Counted from the first letter of the stretch, positions 9,225 to 18,073 are shown. The stretch: 35,141 nt of DNA from Bdellovibrionota bacterium (GCA_044356455.1 JBIKWF010000037.1:1-35141), one strand, 5' to 3'. Translations and numbers: made by a program. Notes: generated from the sequence alone by a model not told the origin.

Positions 9225-10307
9225 ATGGGCGACGTTCTGGAAGTTTCCCGCAAGAGCGGAGAGGTATCCTTTAAGGCGCGAGTTCGACGCCGAGGGGAGC
9301 CGCTTCTTACAAAGACCTTTAAGCGCAAGTCCGATGCTCTAAAGTGGATCGGCTATGTAGAAGCTCAGCTTCTTGAGGGCAAGGGCCTTCCGCGTCCAAA
9401 GCGGCATACGGTGGCCGAGGCAATTGATCGTTATATTGAAGAAATACTTCCGCAGAAAAAGGCGAGCACGCAGAGGGTTGAGAAACCGAGACTTCTGTTC
9501 TGGAAGGATCGTCTTGGTACGAAGCGACTCGCCGAGGTAGATCGTGACGCGCTTTCTGATGCACGCAAACACTTGCTTGATACTCAGGTATGGAGAAAGG
9601 GGGCGACCAAGGGACAAAGCCGGGGCAATGCGACAGCGAATCGATTTTTTGCGCTTCTTCGTCATGTCTATTCCGTTTGTGTAAGAGACTGGGAGTGGTC
9701 GGACGATAATCAAGTATCAAAGATTCGCGCATTGCGAGAGCCTAAGGGACGAAATCGCACCCTCTCTGATGACGAGCTCAAGAAAATACTTGTTGCTCTG
9801 GAGACTCATGAACGCAAGGACTTCAGGTTAATAGTGCAAATCGCCTTAGTCACTGGGTGTCGAAGAGGCAATGCCCAGTCCATTCATTATGAGCATGTCG
9901 ATTTTGAAAGACCGACCGTCACCTTCCCTGATACTAAAAACAATTTGCCCCACGTCGCCCCGATAACTCGAGAACTCGCGGACGAGATTAAAGCATATGT
10001 GAGCCTTGCAAAAATCGAGGCTGGCCCGCTTTTTCCCTCCAAAGAGGGGAGTCGCATGCCCTATGTCGACGTGAAGCAGGTTTGGAGGACGTTTGCTAGC
10101 GATAATGAACTGGAAAAGCTTCGGTTTCACGATCTGCGCCATGCAGTTGGCTCATACTTGGCGCAGCAAAATGTGCCTCTGATTACCATCGGAAAGCTAC
10201 TTGGGCATAAGAGTTTAGAATCGACCAAGCGGTATGTTCATCTCGGCGTTGAGGAAATGACGCAGCCGGTGGAGCAATTAGGGGCGAGGCTTAGGAGGGT
10301 AAAATGA
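9225..10307 (+). CDS. int: Tyrosine recombinase / integrase
   Basis: TGCRRG, FHDLRH, LLGHK, TKRYVH catalytic motifs; N-terminal KTFKRKSDA arm-binding-like region. Confidence 0.95.
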   Translation: MGDVLEVSRKSGEVSFKARVRRRGEPLLTKTFKRKSDALKWIGYVEAQLLEGKGLPRPKRHTVAEAIDRYIEEILPQKKASTQRVEKPRLLFWKDRLGTKRLAEVDRDALSDARKHLLDTQVWRKGATKGQSRGNATANRFFALLRHVYSVCVRDWEWSDDNQVSKIRALREPKGRNRTLSDDELKKILVALETHERKDFRLIVQIALVTGCRRGNAQSIHYEHVDFERPTVTFPDTKNNLPHVAPITRELADEIKAYVSLAKIEAGPLFPSKEGSRMPYVDVKQVWRTFASDNELEKLRFHDLRHAVGSYLAQQNVPLITIGKLLGHKSLESTKRYVHLGVEEMTQPVEQLGARLRRVK

Positions 10308-11065
10308 AGAACTATATCCCGACCGTACATATCTCCGAGGAGTGGCCGCCGCTTCTAAAACGACTGGGACTCGAATATGTGGTTGAAGACAAAGTTTCAT
10401 ATTTCCAGACAATAGGCGACGGCACTGGTTCTCCATATCCTTCTACTATTGAGGAGGCGGCGTACCTTCTGGCTGGAGTTCGCTCTTTTTATATTCCTAA
10501 TCGCCATGATTCCAAAGGCGCGCTGAATGACGATTCGCGCAACCGACTTCGTTTGTTTATTAACTCAGGAGGGTATGTCATTTACGCTCTTCTCAATGAG
10601 GCCCTGGATTCGGGCGAACTTGAGTCGCTTGATTTCAATCATTTGGTTGAGTGGTCAAAAAAAATCGAACCCTTTTTGACCAAAGTGCCTGAGGTTATTC
10701 GAAACCTATTACTGAAAGCGGCAGAGGCGCGGCGGTTGCAGGGGAGAGTGCCTCTCGTCCTTCCCGCTTTTGAGTATGCCTACGCGAACGCGCAACTTCG
10801 AATTGATCGACGAGCGGGGTCTGCCCAGGACCGTGACTTGTTTAGAGCCTTTGTGGTCGATTTTAAGGGCAAGAACCCCAATTGCCGTTTCGCCGATATA
10901 AAGGCGCAACCCTTTGCTAAGGAGCTTCTCTGTCGAGTCGGTGAAGATGGAAAGAGGGTCTATGATGAGGAGACGGTGAAAGAGTGGTGTAAAGATTTTG
11001 CGCTAAACACAGCGCCTGGTCGACCTCGCAAGGTTAAGCCGGGTCAAGTCGGAAATGGGGGGTAA
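10304..11065 (+). CDS. Hypothetical protein coupled to the integrase
   Basis: 253-aa ORF, ATGA overlap with the int stop, basic C-terminal PGRPRK. Confidence 0.7.
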   Translation: MKNYIPTVHISEEWPPLLKRLGLEYVVEDKVSYFQTIGDGTGSPYPSTIEEAAYLLAGVRSFYIPNRHDSKGALNDDSRNRLRLFINSGGYVIYALLNEALDSGELESLDFNHLVEWSKKIEPFLTKVPEVIRNLLLKAAEARRLQGRVPLVLPAFEYAYANAQLRIDRRAGSAQDRDLFRAFVVDFKGKNPNCRFADIKAQPFAKELLCRVGEDGKRVYDEETVKEWCKDFALNTAPGRPRKVKPGQVGNGG

Positions 11066-11169
11066 CTGGGAAAATATATTTCCTCCCGAATTCCCAAATT
11101 TTAACTGAATGCCATTCAGCGTACCAGTCAGAGGCTAGGCACAATCGTGTGCCGCCTTTGAGAGGTACT

Positions 11170-11415
11170 ATGAACCAGCAAGCTTCACCCACCACCCTTC
11201 AACTTCTAACAGTAAAAGACTTCGCAAGGCGCCACTCCTGGCCAATAGGAGGTCTACGACACCTGCTTTTCTATCGCCCCGATAACTTCGAGCGCTGCGT
11301 ACTTCGCGTAGGTCGGAAGGTGCTGATTGATGAGGCAGAGTTCTTTCGCTGGATTCGAGATGTCAATCAGGCAAGAGCGAATGCAGAAGCAAAGAAGGGA
11401 GGGAGGAAGATATGA
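11170..11415 (+). CDS. Excisionase/AlpA-like winged-helix protein
   Basis: LLTVKDFA...RVGRKVLID..F..W pattern; GAGG RBS before ATG 11170; position between int and primase. Confidence 0.7.
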   Translation: MNQQASPTTLQLLTVKDFARRHSWPIGGLRHLLFYRPDNFERCVLRVGRKVLIDEAEFFRWIRDVNQARANAEAKKGGRKI

Positions 11416-11606
11416 TCATCGACCTCCAATTACTGCGAGACCTCGATCAAGCTCGGCATCATGCTTCCGTAGCTATCGAGGAGGAGCTCCGCAATGAGCA
11501 TCTCACTGAAGCGGACCGCGCAAACCTTTCCAGCTTTCTCGCCTTGCTAGATGCGAGCGCACGTCACCCGGTTATGCGGCCCTGTAGAGAAGGAGGCCGC
11601 CAATGA
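11412..11606 (+). CDS. Small hypothetical protein
   Basis: ATGA overlaps with both neighbours; GGAGG upstream. Confidence 0.6.
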   Translation: MIIDLQLLRDLDQARHHASVAIEEELRNEHLTEADRANLSSFLALLDASARHPVMRPCREGGRQ

Positions 11607-11893
11607 TTACCGCCGAACAGATTTGTCGCCGACTGACTCCCGAGCAGTATTACCAAAGGTACCTCAAGAACACGATTAGGACGTCTTCGAAGTGGGTTGC
11701 TATCCGGTGCCCATTTCACGACGACCGAAAGCCGTCCCTGGGGATTAATACCGAATCGGGTGGCTTTTTCTGCCATGCCTGCGAAGCGAAAGGTAAGAAC
11801 ATCATTCACTTTGAAATGCGTCGGTACGGCCTCGATTACCCCGCCGCAAGAGAGAAGCTATGTGCCGAGTGGGGTATCGAATGGAACAGATAG
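11603..11893 (+). CDS. Stand-alone CHC2 zinc finger (primase zinc-binding domain)
   Basis: CPFHDDRKPS...FFCHAC...GKNIIHF. Confidence 0.88.
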   Translation: MITAEQICRRLTPEQYYQRYLKNTIRTSSKWVAIRCPFHDDRKPSLGINTESGGFFCHACEAKGKNIIHFEMRRYGLDYPAAREKLCAEWGIEWNR

Positions 11894-13470
11894 ATTGGAT
11901 GCCAAAGACGTTTGAGGGCCGCGTTTTCAAGTTCGTATGGCCGTATCTAGATGGGCAGGGGAAAGTAATCGGTTATGTCGTGCGTTATGACAGCGCAAAG
12001 GATCCCACCGATAAGGTGACAATTCCATTCTTTAAGAATGGAAATGCAGGGGGTTTCAGAATGGGGGCGCATGCGGAGCCAAAGCCCTTGTTCGGGCTCG
12101 AGAGTTTAGCGCGAGATACTCGGGGCTCGGTGGTCATCGTGGAGGGCGAGAAGTGCGCGGCAGCCCTTCAGGGCCTCGGGATTCCTGCAATCACGTGGCA
12201 GGGCGGCGCGAAGGCATACAGGTCTGCTGACTGGACTGCCATTAGAGGTGTCAAGAAGTGCTATCTCTTCCCGGACAATGATGCGCCCGGGAAGGACGCG
12301 ATGTCTGGAATTTCGAGAATGCTCGCTGAATTTGAGAACCCGCCTCAGTGCGCGATTGTTGACCTCCCCGACCTTCCTGAAAAAGGTGACGTCGTTGATT
12401 TCTTGAAGGGCAAGTTTCCCTCATGGGATGGCTACTTACCGTTTGAGGGAGAGTGTCGTGGATCTGCCATCCAAATTCTCAGAGATGTCGTTAAATCAAG
12501 TGCTCGCGCAGTCCCAGCGATTGAGACAATTCCATGCAAAGCGGAGACTGAGCTGAAATTAGTTGTTCCTCTCCCAATGGACCAATTCATGGACCGAACA
12601 GCGACCCAACGGCGTGCAATTCTTGGCGATTGGTTTCTAGAGAAAATGCCAGTTCTGGTCTCTGGGGAGCCTGGATGCGGGAAGAGTCTTTTCGCCTATA
12701 CCGTTGCGGTGGCCCTAGCTTCCGGGGGAGAGGCTTTCGGTTGGCGAGCTGGAGCGCCGCTTAAGGTTGGCATTTTGGACGGTGAAATGTTCGACGTGAC
12801 AATTCAAAAGCGCCTAGGTGGAATCGTAGCGGGAATGAACCGTGAGTTCGACCCAGCCACGATTCGCCTCTATACCCGGGATATGTGCGCCGACGGCGGA
12901 ACGCCGTTTCCGTCTATGAGACATCCAGAAGAAAGGGAGCCTCTCTTGGATAAGTTTGGAGACGTTGATGTCCTTATTGCAGATAACATAAATGCTCTTT
13001 TTCCGGGGGGAGATGAGAGAGGGACACAGTTTTGGTCTGCTATCGAGCAGTTTCTCTTTGACTGCCGAGCACGAGGGATTGCCCCAATGGTTATCCATCA
13101 CACAACGAAAACAACCCCAGATAGTCCTGCGGGAAGTAGCAAGAATGTACGGGTATTTGAAATGTCGATTGTGCTGACTCGCATTTATGAGGGTCGGGAC
13201 GGGGCACATTTTAACATCACCTTCACGAAGTCCCGGGAACTCAGCAAGGAGCAAGCGCCAAGGAGCGCTTTTGCCGAGACCAGTGAAAAGGGAGCACTCA
13301 AATGGGAGTTGGCCGATTATGTGCCTCCATCAGACGAGGATTCGGGATGGGCGAGCAAAGCCCGTTCCGCCCGGGCAAGTGGCCAGAGTATTCGAAAAAT
13401 CGCATCTGCTTTGGGGAAGAGTACGAGCACGATCCACACGATGCTCAAAAAGGAGGATGTTGCGACTTGA
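11881..13470 (+). CDS. TOPRIM primase - AAA_25/RepA-like helicase with C-terminal HTH
   Basis: VIVEGEKCA, FPDNDAPG, KGDVVD; Walker A GEPGCGKS, LDGEM, LIADN, IHH, AGSS; C-terminal SIRKIASALGKSTSTIH. Confidence 0.88.
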   Translation: MEQIDWMPKTFEGRVFKFVWPYLDGQGKVIGYVVRYDSAKDPTDKVTIPFFKNGNAGGFRMGAHAEPKPLFGLESLARDTRGSVVIVEGEKCAAALQGLGIPAITWQGGAKAYRSADWTAIRGVKKCYLFPDNDAPGKDAMSGISRMLAEFENPPQCAIVDLPDLPEKGDVVDFLKGKFPSWDGYLPFEGECRGSAIQILRDVVKSSARAVPAIETIPCKAETELKLVVPLPMDQFMDRTATQRRAILGDWFLEKMPVLVSGEPGCGKSLFAYTVAVALASGGEAFGWRAGAPLKVGILDGEMFDVTIQKRLGGIVAGMNREFDPATIRLYTRDMCADGGTPFPSMRHPEEREPLLDKFGDVDVLIADNINALFPGGDERGTQFWSAIEQFLFDCRARGIAPMVIHHTTKTTPDSPAGSSKNVRVFEMSIVLTRIYEGRDGAHFNITFTKSRELSKEQAPRSAFAETSEKGALKWELADYVPPSDEDSGWASKARSARASGQSIRKIASALGKSTSTIHTMLKKEDVAT

Positions 13471-13477
13471 GAATGGT

Positions 13478-13516
13478 GTTCGTTCGTTCAGAACCCAGAG
13501 AATCGAACGAACGAAC
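13478..13516. repeat. 12-bp perfect inverted repeat of GTTC units, candidate origin
   Basis: GTTCGTTCGTTC - 15 bp - GAACGAACGAAC, just after the helicase stop. Confidence 0.55.
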
Positions 13517-13555
13517 GCGCTCGAGTTAGGCTTACACTGAATAGGGGGGGGGGAG

Positions 13556-13750
13556 ATGGAGCAATCCAATCAAAAAAATAGGAGCGCCTTAAGGGTAGCA
13601 GAGGAGATATTGGCCCGCTTCAGAGTTAGGGAGTCCGAAAGCGCGCCACGCCCATCGGAGCCGCCGTATCTGTCTTTGGCGAAGGGAGAGAAACCGCCTG
13701 ATTTGTGGACTCAGAATTCTCTTAAATTTTGTGCAATTTTAGTTCATTGA
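13556..13750 (+). CDS. Small hypothetical protein
   Basis: 64-aa ATG ORF preceded by a G10 run. Confidence 0.4.
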   Translation: MEQSNQKNRSALRVAEEILARFRVRESESAPRPSEPPYLSLAKGEKPPDLWTQNSLKFCAILVH

Positions 13751-13775
13751 CCTTCTTTGTGGAGTGTTGAGATCA

Positions 13776-14135
13776 ATGTCCTCAGAACAGGAAGGTAACA
13801 GGCGAGATCAACGAACCAGGAAAGGGAGATTTCCCGCCGGGAAGAGCGGTAATCCCGGGGGGCGCCCGAAGTCTTTGGCAGATATTCAAGAAATAGCCCG
13901 GTCTAGGTCGGGCGAAGCGCTCGACGTTATTACGCGAATAATGCGTGAAGGTAAGCCGCTTGAGCAGCTTCAGGCCGCGAGGCTGGTCTTGGAAAGAGCC
14001 TGGGGTAAGCCCGTTGCGCCTGTGGACTCACCGGACGACTCTCCGATAGTTCCGGTACTCATTATCAATATGTCCAAGAGCTCGCGGAGCGAAGGAGGGA
14101 CACCAAGCGCCGGGAAGCCCATCGACGTATCCTAG
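13776..14135 (+). CDS. DUF5681-type protein, small-terminase-like
   Basis: GRFPAGKSGNPGGRPK followed by helical region and LERAWGKP. Confidence 0.7.
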   Translation: MSSEQEGNRRDQRTRKGRFPAGKSGNPGGRPKSLADIQEIARSRSGEALDVITRIMREGKPLEQLQAARLVLERAWGKPVAPVDSPDDSPIVPVLIINMSKSSRSEGGTPSAGKPIDVS

Positions 14136-14250
14136 CGGCCGATAGGGGAGTGCCAACTTCTTGATGCCTCTTGTTGTGCTTGACTACTGAGTGCTGTCTG
14201 TTAGCGTTCAGCGGCACGCCAAAACACCTGGCACCAACAAGGGAATCTCT

Positions 14251-15069
14251 ATGAGAACTATCGCGATTGCGACTCTTCTATCTGTGTTCATAAGTATCGA
14301 TGCTTTCGCCGCGCCCCTTCGAGTGTGCTTGGATAAGAGTGGAAAACTAATTGCGGCTGCGAAATGCGGTAGAGGTCAGATACCTGTTACTTCCGCGACT
14401 CTCGATACTCTTGGATTCCGTGGTGCTCCAGGAACACCAGGTGCCGCGGGTGCTCCGGGCGCCGCAGGGGCTACAGGTGCAACTGGCCCGACAGGGTTGA
14501 CTGGACCAGTTGGACCGGCAGGGATTGCAGGGCCTCAAGGAGAGCCAGGGACAACTGGTGCGCAGGGTCCAACTGGAGAGCCAGGTCCTATAGGTCCAGT
14601 TGGTCCTGGCCTAGCTTTGTATGATGCTAACGAGCAGATGGTTGGACCTGTTGTCGGATTTGGTTGTCCGCCGCCACTCAACCCTGGGCTGGTGTTTGAC
14701 GCGGCAGCCGTAACTATTTCTAGAAATGGAAAGCTGTATCCTGTTTGCGCGGCGAACTCTCAATTTCTGCTTAGCCAATCTGTCCTCTTCACTTCCTCTG
14801 ATTGTACGGGAACTGGCTACGGTTACGGAGGGGAGCCGACACCCAATAGCCAGGCTCTTTTCGCTTCCAACATTGTCTCACGGTACGGGGGGCGCACTGT
14901 GTTGCTTCGGCCGGAAACCTCCGGCGGGAGGCAAGTAGTGACCTACAATTCATCAGTTAACACCGAGGGCACCTGCGCCGTAACGGGCGCAGGTTCCGCG
15001 AGTGTATTTCCACTAGTCGAGGAAGCCGATCTTTCTGCTCTGTATGCCCTTCCGCTTATGGTTCGTTAG
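14251..15069 (+). CDS. Secreted collagen-like protein
   Basis: Signal peptide ending AFA, 22 contiguous Gly-X-Y triplets, Cys-containing C-terminal domain (F.SSDC.G motif). Confidence 0.85.
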   Translation: MRTIAIATLLSVFISIDAFAAPLRVCLDKSGKLIAAAKCGRGQIPVTSATLDTLGFRGAPGTPGAAGAPGAAGATGATGPTGLTGPVGPAGIAGPQGEPGTTGAQGPTGEPGPIGPVGPGLALYDANEQMVGPVVGFGCPPPLNPGLVFDAAAVTISRNGKLYPVCAANSQFLLSQSVLFTSSDCTGTGYGYGGEPTPNSQALFASNIVSRYGGRTVLLRPETSGGRQVVTYNSSVNTEGTCAVTGAGSASVFPLVEEADLSALYALPLMVR

Positions 15070-15095
15070 GAGCCACGATGAAGCACAGTTAGTAG

Positions 15096-15179
15096 ATGGC
15101 CGCGGAACTAGGCTGGTCCCCTATTGCAGAAGAAGCGGACCTTTCGGAGTTGTATCCGGGGCCACTGACAGTTCGATAG
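15096..15179 (+). pseudogene. Diverged copy of the collagen gene 3' end
   Basis: Encodes PIAEEADLSELYPGPLTVR* versus [19 protein letters not shown]. Confidence 0.75.
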
Positions 15180-15203
15180 CAGGATTCACCCTGTTCTGGG
15201 GCG

Positions 15204-15572
15204 TCACTTAATCTTCTTGCATGCTGCGCCACATGCCTTCTTAAGCCGCTTGGCAAGCTTGGCCTGATACTTCCCGTAAGCAACCCACTCCTGGAGGACA
15301 TTATTCGATTGAGTGTTTGCAGCAGTACATTGGTCAAGCTGGGCCTGAACGCCTGCTTTGAGCTCACGCATATAGTTGTATCGGTCGCACAGCTCGCCGA
15401 CAGAATGGCCGAAATAAGCCTCGTTATTAAATCCACCATCGCCGCATAGGATGTCCCCGCTAGAGCAGAAGGGGAAACCACCTGGTTCTATGAAGCAGCC
15501 TCCTGGTGGGCTGGTTTGGGCGAAACTACTTGCAGGCACTAGCAGTAAAGCGGTGAGAAGTATTTTCTTCAT
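15204..15572 (-). CDS. Secreted Cys-rich small protein
   Basis: AGGAG RBS, signal peptide MKKILLTALLLVPASSFA, multiple Cys, coiled segment, basic C-terminus KKACGAACKKIK. Confidence 0.75.
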   Translation of the reverse strand: MKKILLTALLLVPASSFAQTSPPGGCFIEPGGFPFCSSGDILCGDGGFNNEAYFGHSVGELCDRYNYMRELKAGVQAQLDQCTAANTQSNNVLQEWVAYGKYQAKLAKRLKKACGAACKKIK

Positions 15573-15659
15573 ATGATCTCCTAGGCTGACGGCATTGACC
15601 ATGCCACTAAACTTAGTCGCCAAGTGATTAGTAGCCCATAGAGGGACGCAAGTCATCAA

Positions 15660-15680
15660 GGACCAAAAAAGGGACCAAAA
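15660..15680 (+). promoter_or_regulatory. Candidate integrase arm-type sites (right)
   Basis: GGACCAAAAAAGGGACCAAAA, 12-bp period, matches 9175-9193. Confidence 0.6.
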
Positions 15681-15794
15681 CACTGCATGAAACCGCCACA
15701 CGAGACTACTGAAGGCCACTCTCATTTCAAGATAAGGTTCTGAAATATTTATGGTGATTGATTGCCATTTTTTGTAGTGTTTTGAAGATCTTAT

Positions 15795-15840
15795 TTTCCT
15801 AAACTTGGGGTCGCAGGTTCAATTCCTGCCGCGGACGCTT
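15795..15840 (+). repeat. attR core (duplicated tRNA 3' part)
   Basis: Identical to 9083-9128. Confidence 0.95.
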
Positions 15841-15847
15841 TGTTTCC

Positions 15848-16040
15848 CGCTTGGCGCTCTGGCCCAGGGGGCTGCTGCCCCCTCTCGCCCTAATCGGGCG
15901 TTCACCCCGGAGTGCTGGATTTCGCGCTTGGCGCTCTGGCCCAGGGGCTTCGCCCCTCTCGCCCTGATCGGGCGTTCACCCAGGAGTGCTTGATTTCGCG
16001 CTCGAGGCTCCGGCCCAGGGGGCTTTTGCCCCGTCTCGCC
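15848..16040 (+). repeat. Tandem about 75-bp GC-rich repeat, about 2.6 copies
   Basis: Units begin at 15848, 15925, 15999; each has a GGGGC-n-GCCCC hairpin. Confidence 0.85.
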
Positions 16041-16195
16041 GCTTATCGCGGCAGCATCTGTCAGGTTCTACTGAGTTGCTTTCCTCTCTGAGTAACAAGA
16101 AATCCCTAAGTGCGCTCTTTGAGGGTGAAATAAATGTTCTCTTCCTACTTGAATGTTCGAGGAGACTCTGTAGATGGGGTTAAGAAGGGATTAGC

Positions 16196-16351
16196 GCGGA
16201 GACACGGAGACCGCGGAGGGGAGATAGATTCGAGATTTTGCTCAGCTCTGTGCCTTAGCACAATTGCTAGTTATCCTGAACATTCGCAAACAAAATCCTG
16301 GTAACACCTAGAAAGTTACAAATTTGCAGGCGAACACTCCGCGGTCTCCGT
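16196..16351. repeat. Second CGGAG-family inverted element
   Basis: 16196-16218 identical to 1-23; partial reverse arm CTCCGCGGTCTCCGT at 16337-16351; different interior. Confidence 0.8.
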
Positions 16352-16387
16352 ATTTGAGCTCCACATAGTCCCTCCTTGCCAGATATG

Positions 16388-16443
16388 AAAAAAAAGCCGT
16401 CTCATTACCCTGTCCCTCACTAGGATAGTGGTAAGAGACGGCT
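16388..16443 (-). terminator. Probable intrinsic terminator of the YqjD-like gene
   Basis: AGCCGTCTC(A)TTACC / GGTAAGAGACGGCT stem followed by a T run on the minus strand. Confidence 0.6.
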
Positions 16444-16461
16444 CCTGTTCGTTCTTGCTAT

Positions 16462-16779
16462 TTACGCACGTCTAGAAAGAAATGCGGACGTCAACAAACC
16501 AATTCCAAAAGCAATCCCAATCGCCATAAGCGGAGATTCTTGGACTTTGGATTCAATCTGCCTTGCGCCTTCTCTTCCTGATGCAAGCATCGAGTTGTAC
16601 GAATCATGAGCAACCGTCCCCACATCCGTGCTCACGGCTGAGCCTGCATCGCGAATTGCAGAACCTACTTGCCGTGCGCTTGAACGAAGCTCGTTGCCCA
16701 GATGCTCTGCAGCACCAATTGCAACACCACTCATTTTCCTTACTTCATTTGCTGAGTCTTGAAGAGTGTTTGTTCCCAT
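16462..16779 (-). CDS. YqjD/ElaB (DUF883) family tail-anchored protein
   Basis: AAGGAG RBS; helical repeats then VQESPLMAIGIAFGIGLL..LSRR. Confidence 0.85.
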   Translation of the reverse strand: MGTNTLQDSANEVRKMSGVAIGAAEHLGNELRSSARQVGSAIRDAGSAVSTDVGTVAHDSYNSMLASGREGARQIESKVQESPLMAIGIAFGIGLLTSAFLSRRA

Positions 16780-17025
16780 ATCTTTAATCTCCTTTAAGAG
16801 TAAATGATTTGTGCTTAAGACCTTTATCCTGCCCACGGTCTTGCACGTATGATCTCGCTCACGGGGAGGCTCATTTTTTAGAATATTTTTGGTTTGAGAA
16901 TGACCTACATCATACGAGCTTTTTGGGCTCTGGTTCATCATGCCTCTCCTGAGGCAGTTCTTAACGAGCGGCTCGTGGCGTGCTACGTGAGAGTGCCAAA
17001 TTGAGAGATCTTGCTGCCCAGAATA

Positions 17026-17439
17026 ATGGTGGATTGCATGTACATTGAAGATGAAATTCGAGGTGCCAAGAGTTCCTATCAGCAGGCCCTCACCAGCCTT
17101 GCCGTTCTCATGCAAGCGCACGCCGCACTTCTTCAAACCGAAATTCGCGAAAGAGCGCGGACCTTCGTAGGTGCTGTTCTGCTGTGCGCGTTTGGGGTGA
17201 TGGGTGCGCTTGTGGCGCTCATGCTTGGGGCGCTGGCCCTGGCAGGAGTGCTTAGTAGTAACTTTCCTTCCCTCGGTGAGCATCAAGCCCTTGCGCTTGT
17301 CGCGCTGCTGGCTATGGCGGTCGTGGTGGGGCTAGTAATAAGTGGCTTGACCCTCCTTCGAAGGTCCACTGAATCGTCGATGGAATCACTAACTTCTCTA
17401 AAAGAGAGCGTCTTATGTGTGCTGAGAGAAGTGTCATGA
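17026..17439 (+). CDS. YqjE-like (phage holin family / DUF1469) membrane protein; start uncertain
   Basis: HAALLQTEIRE followed by two TM helices and SLTSLKES; context next to YqjD-like gene. Confidence 0.7.
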   Translation: MVDCMYIEDEIRGAKSSYQQALTSLAVLMQAHAALLQTEIRERARTFVGAVLLCAFGVMGALVALMLGALALAGVLSSNFPSLGEHQALALVALLAMAVVVGLVISGLTLLRRSTESSMESLTSLKESVLCVLREVS

Positions 17440-17828
17440 GAACTCAAAAGGAAGAACTTCAGGAGCGCATCCTTCAGTCCCGCCGCGAGCTTGCCGAGAG
17501 CCTCTTGGACCTTGTGGCTGCGGGGCGCAGTCTTAGGGAGAAGAGCGGCCGCGCTGTCCGCAATCCTGCGAGCGCAGCTCGCTATGTGTGGAGCAATCAA
17601 CTTTCAAGCACTCAGCGCTACAAGGTTATGGGCGCTGCGTTTCTTGGGGGCGGGGTTGTTGGCTTTGCAGGAGTTCGGAAATCTAGAGCCCCCTTCGCAC
17701 CACGTACTCCCGTGGCCTGGCTTATGCTTATGGCAAGACCGCTTGTGGGAGAGCTGATTGCCGAGGCCCAGGTATTTGGACACCGGGCACTCCTTAGCTT
17801 GTTCCGTGCGCCTCTCAAATCGGAGTAA
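17436..17828 (+). CDS. YqjK/DUF3618-like protein
   Basis: ATGA overlap; EELQERILQSRRELAESL N-terminus, hydrophobic segment. Confidence 0.6.
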   Translation: MRTQKEELQERILQSRRELAESLLDLVAAGRSLREKSGRAVRNPASAARYVWSNQLSSTQRYKVMGAAFLGGGVVGFAGVRKSRAPFAPRTPVAWLMLMARPLVGELIAEAQVFGHRALLSLFRAPLKSE

Positions 17829-17975
17829 GACCAAAGAATCCGATGTGCTTAGAGGCGACAGCGCTCCTTGCCATGAGGTTTCTTGAAAAGACGGCCCACA
17901 GAATTCCATTTTCAAGAATTCCGCAGGGCCAATAATTAGGGAATCTCTGAAAAACCGTGATACTTCATTTATTCG

Positions 17976-18048
17976 CTCCGTGTTCTCTGTGCGCTCTGTG
18001 GTTTTTCAAATATTTAAATCAACCACAGAGGTCACCGAGATCACAGAG
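17976..18048. repeat. Inverted pair of the CTCTGTG family between convergent genes
   Basis: CTCCGTGTTCTCTGTGCGCTCTGTGGTT - 17 bp - AACCACAGAGGTCACCGAGATCACAGAG. Confidence 0.8.
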
Positions 18049-18073
18049 CAGGCTTTTTTATAGTCTTCAAAGG

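Larger units (their letters stand above)
9083..15840. mobile_element. tRNA-integrated element of 6712 bp, phage-satellite-like
   Basis: Perfect 46-bp direct repeats at both ends; integrase adjacent to the tRNA; xis/primase/helicase/TerS-like genes; no capsid or tail genes. Confidence 0.9.

Noticed and set aside
15010..15179. Collagen tail duplication as a DGR VR/TR pair
   Set aside because: Mismatches are not confined to adenines, are mostly synonymous, and no reverse transcriptase is present
15795..15840. Second tRNA gene
   Set aside because: Only the 3' part is present; no D arm or 5' acceptor strand, so it is attR
16780..17286. Long N-terminal extension of the 274-aa minus ORF
   Set aside because: Overlaps the YqjE-like gene; a good RBS and family match start at 16779
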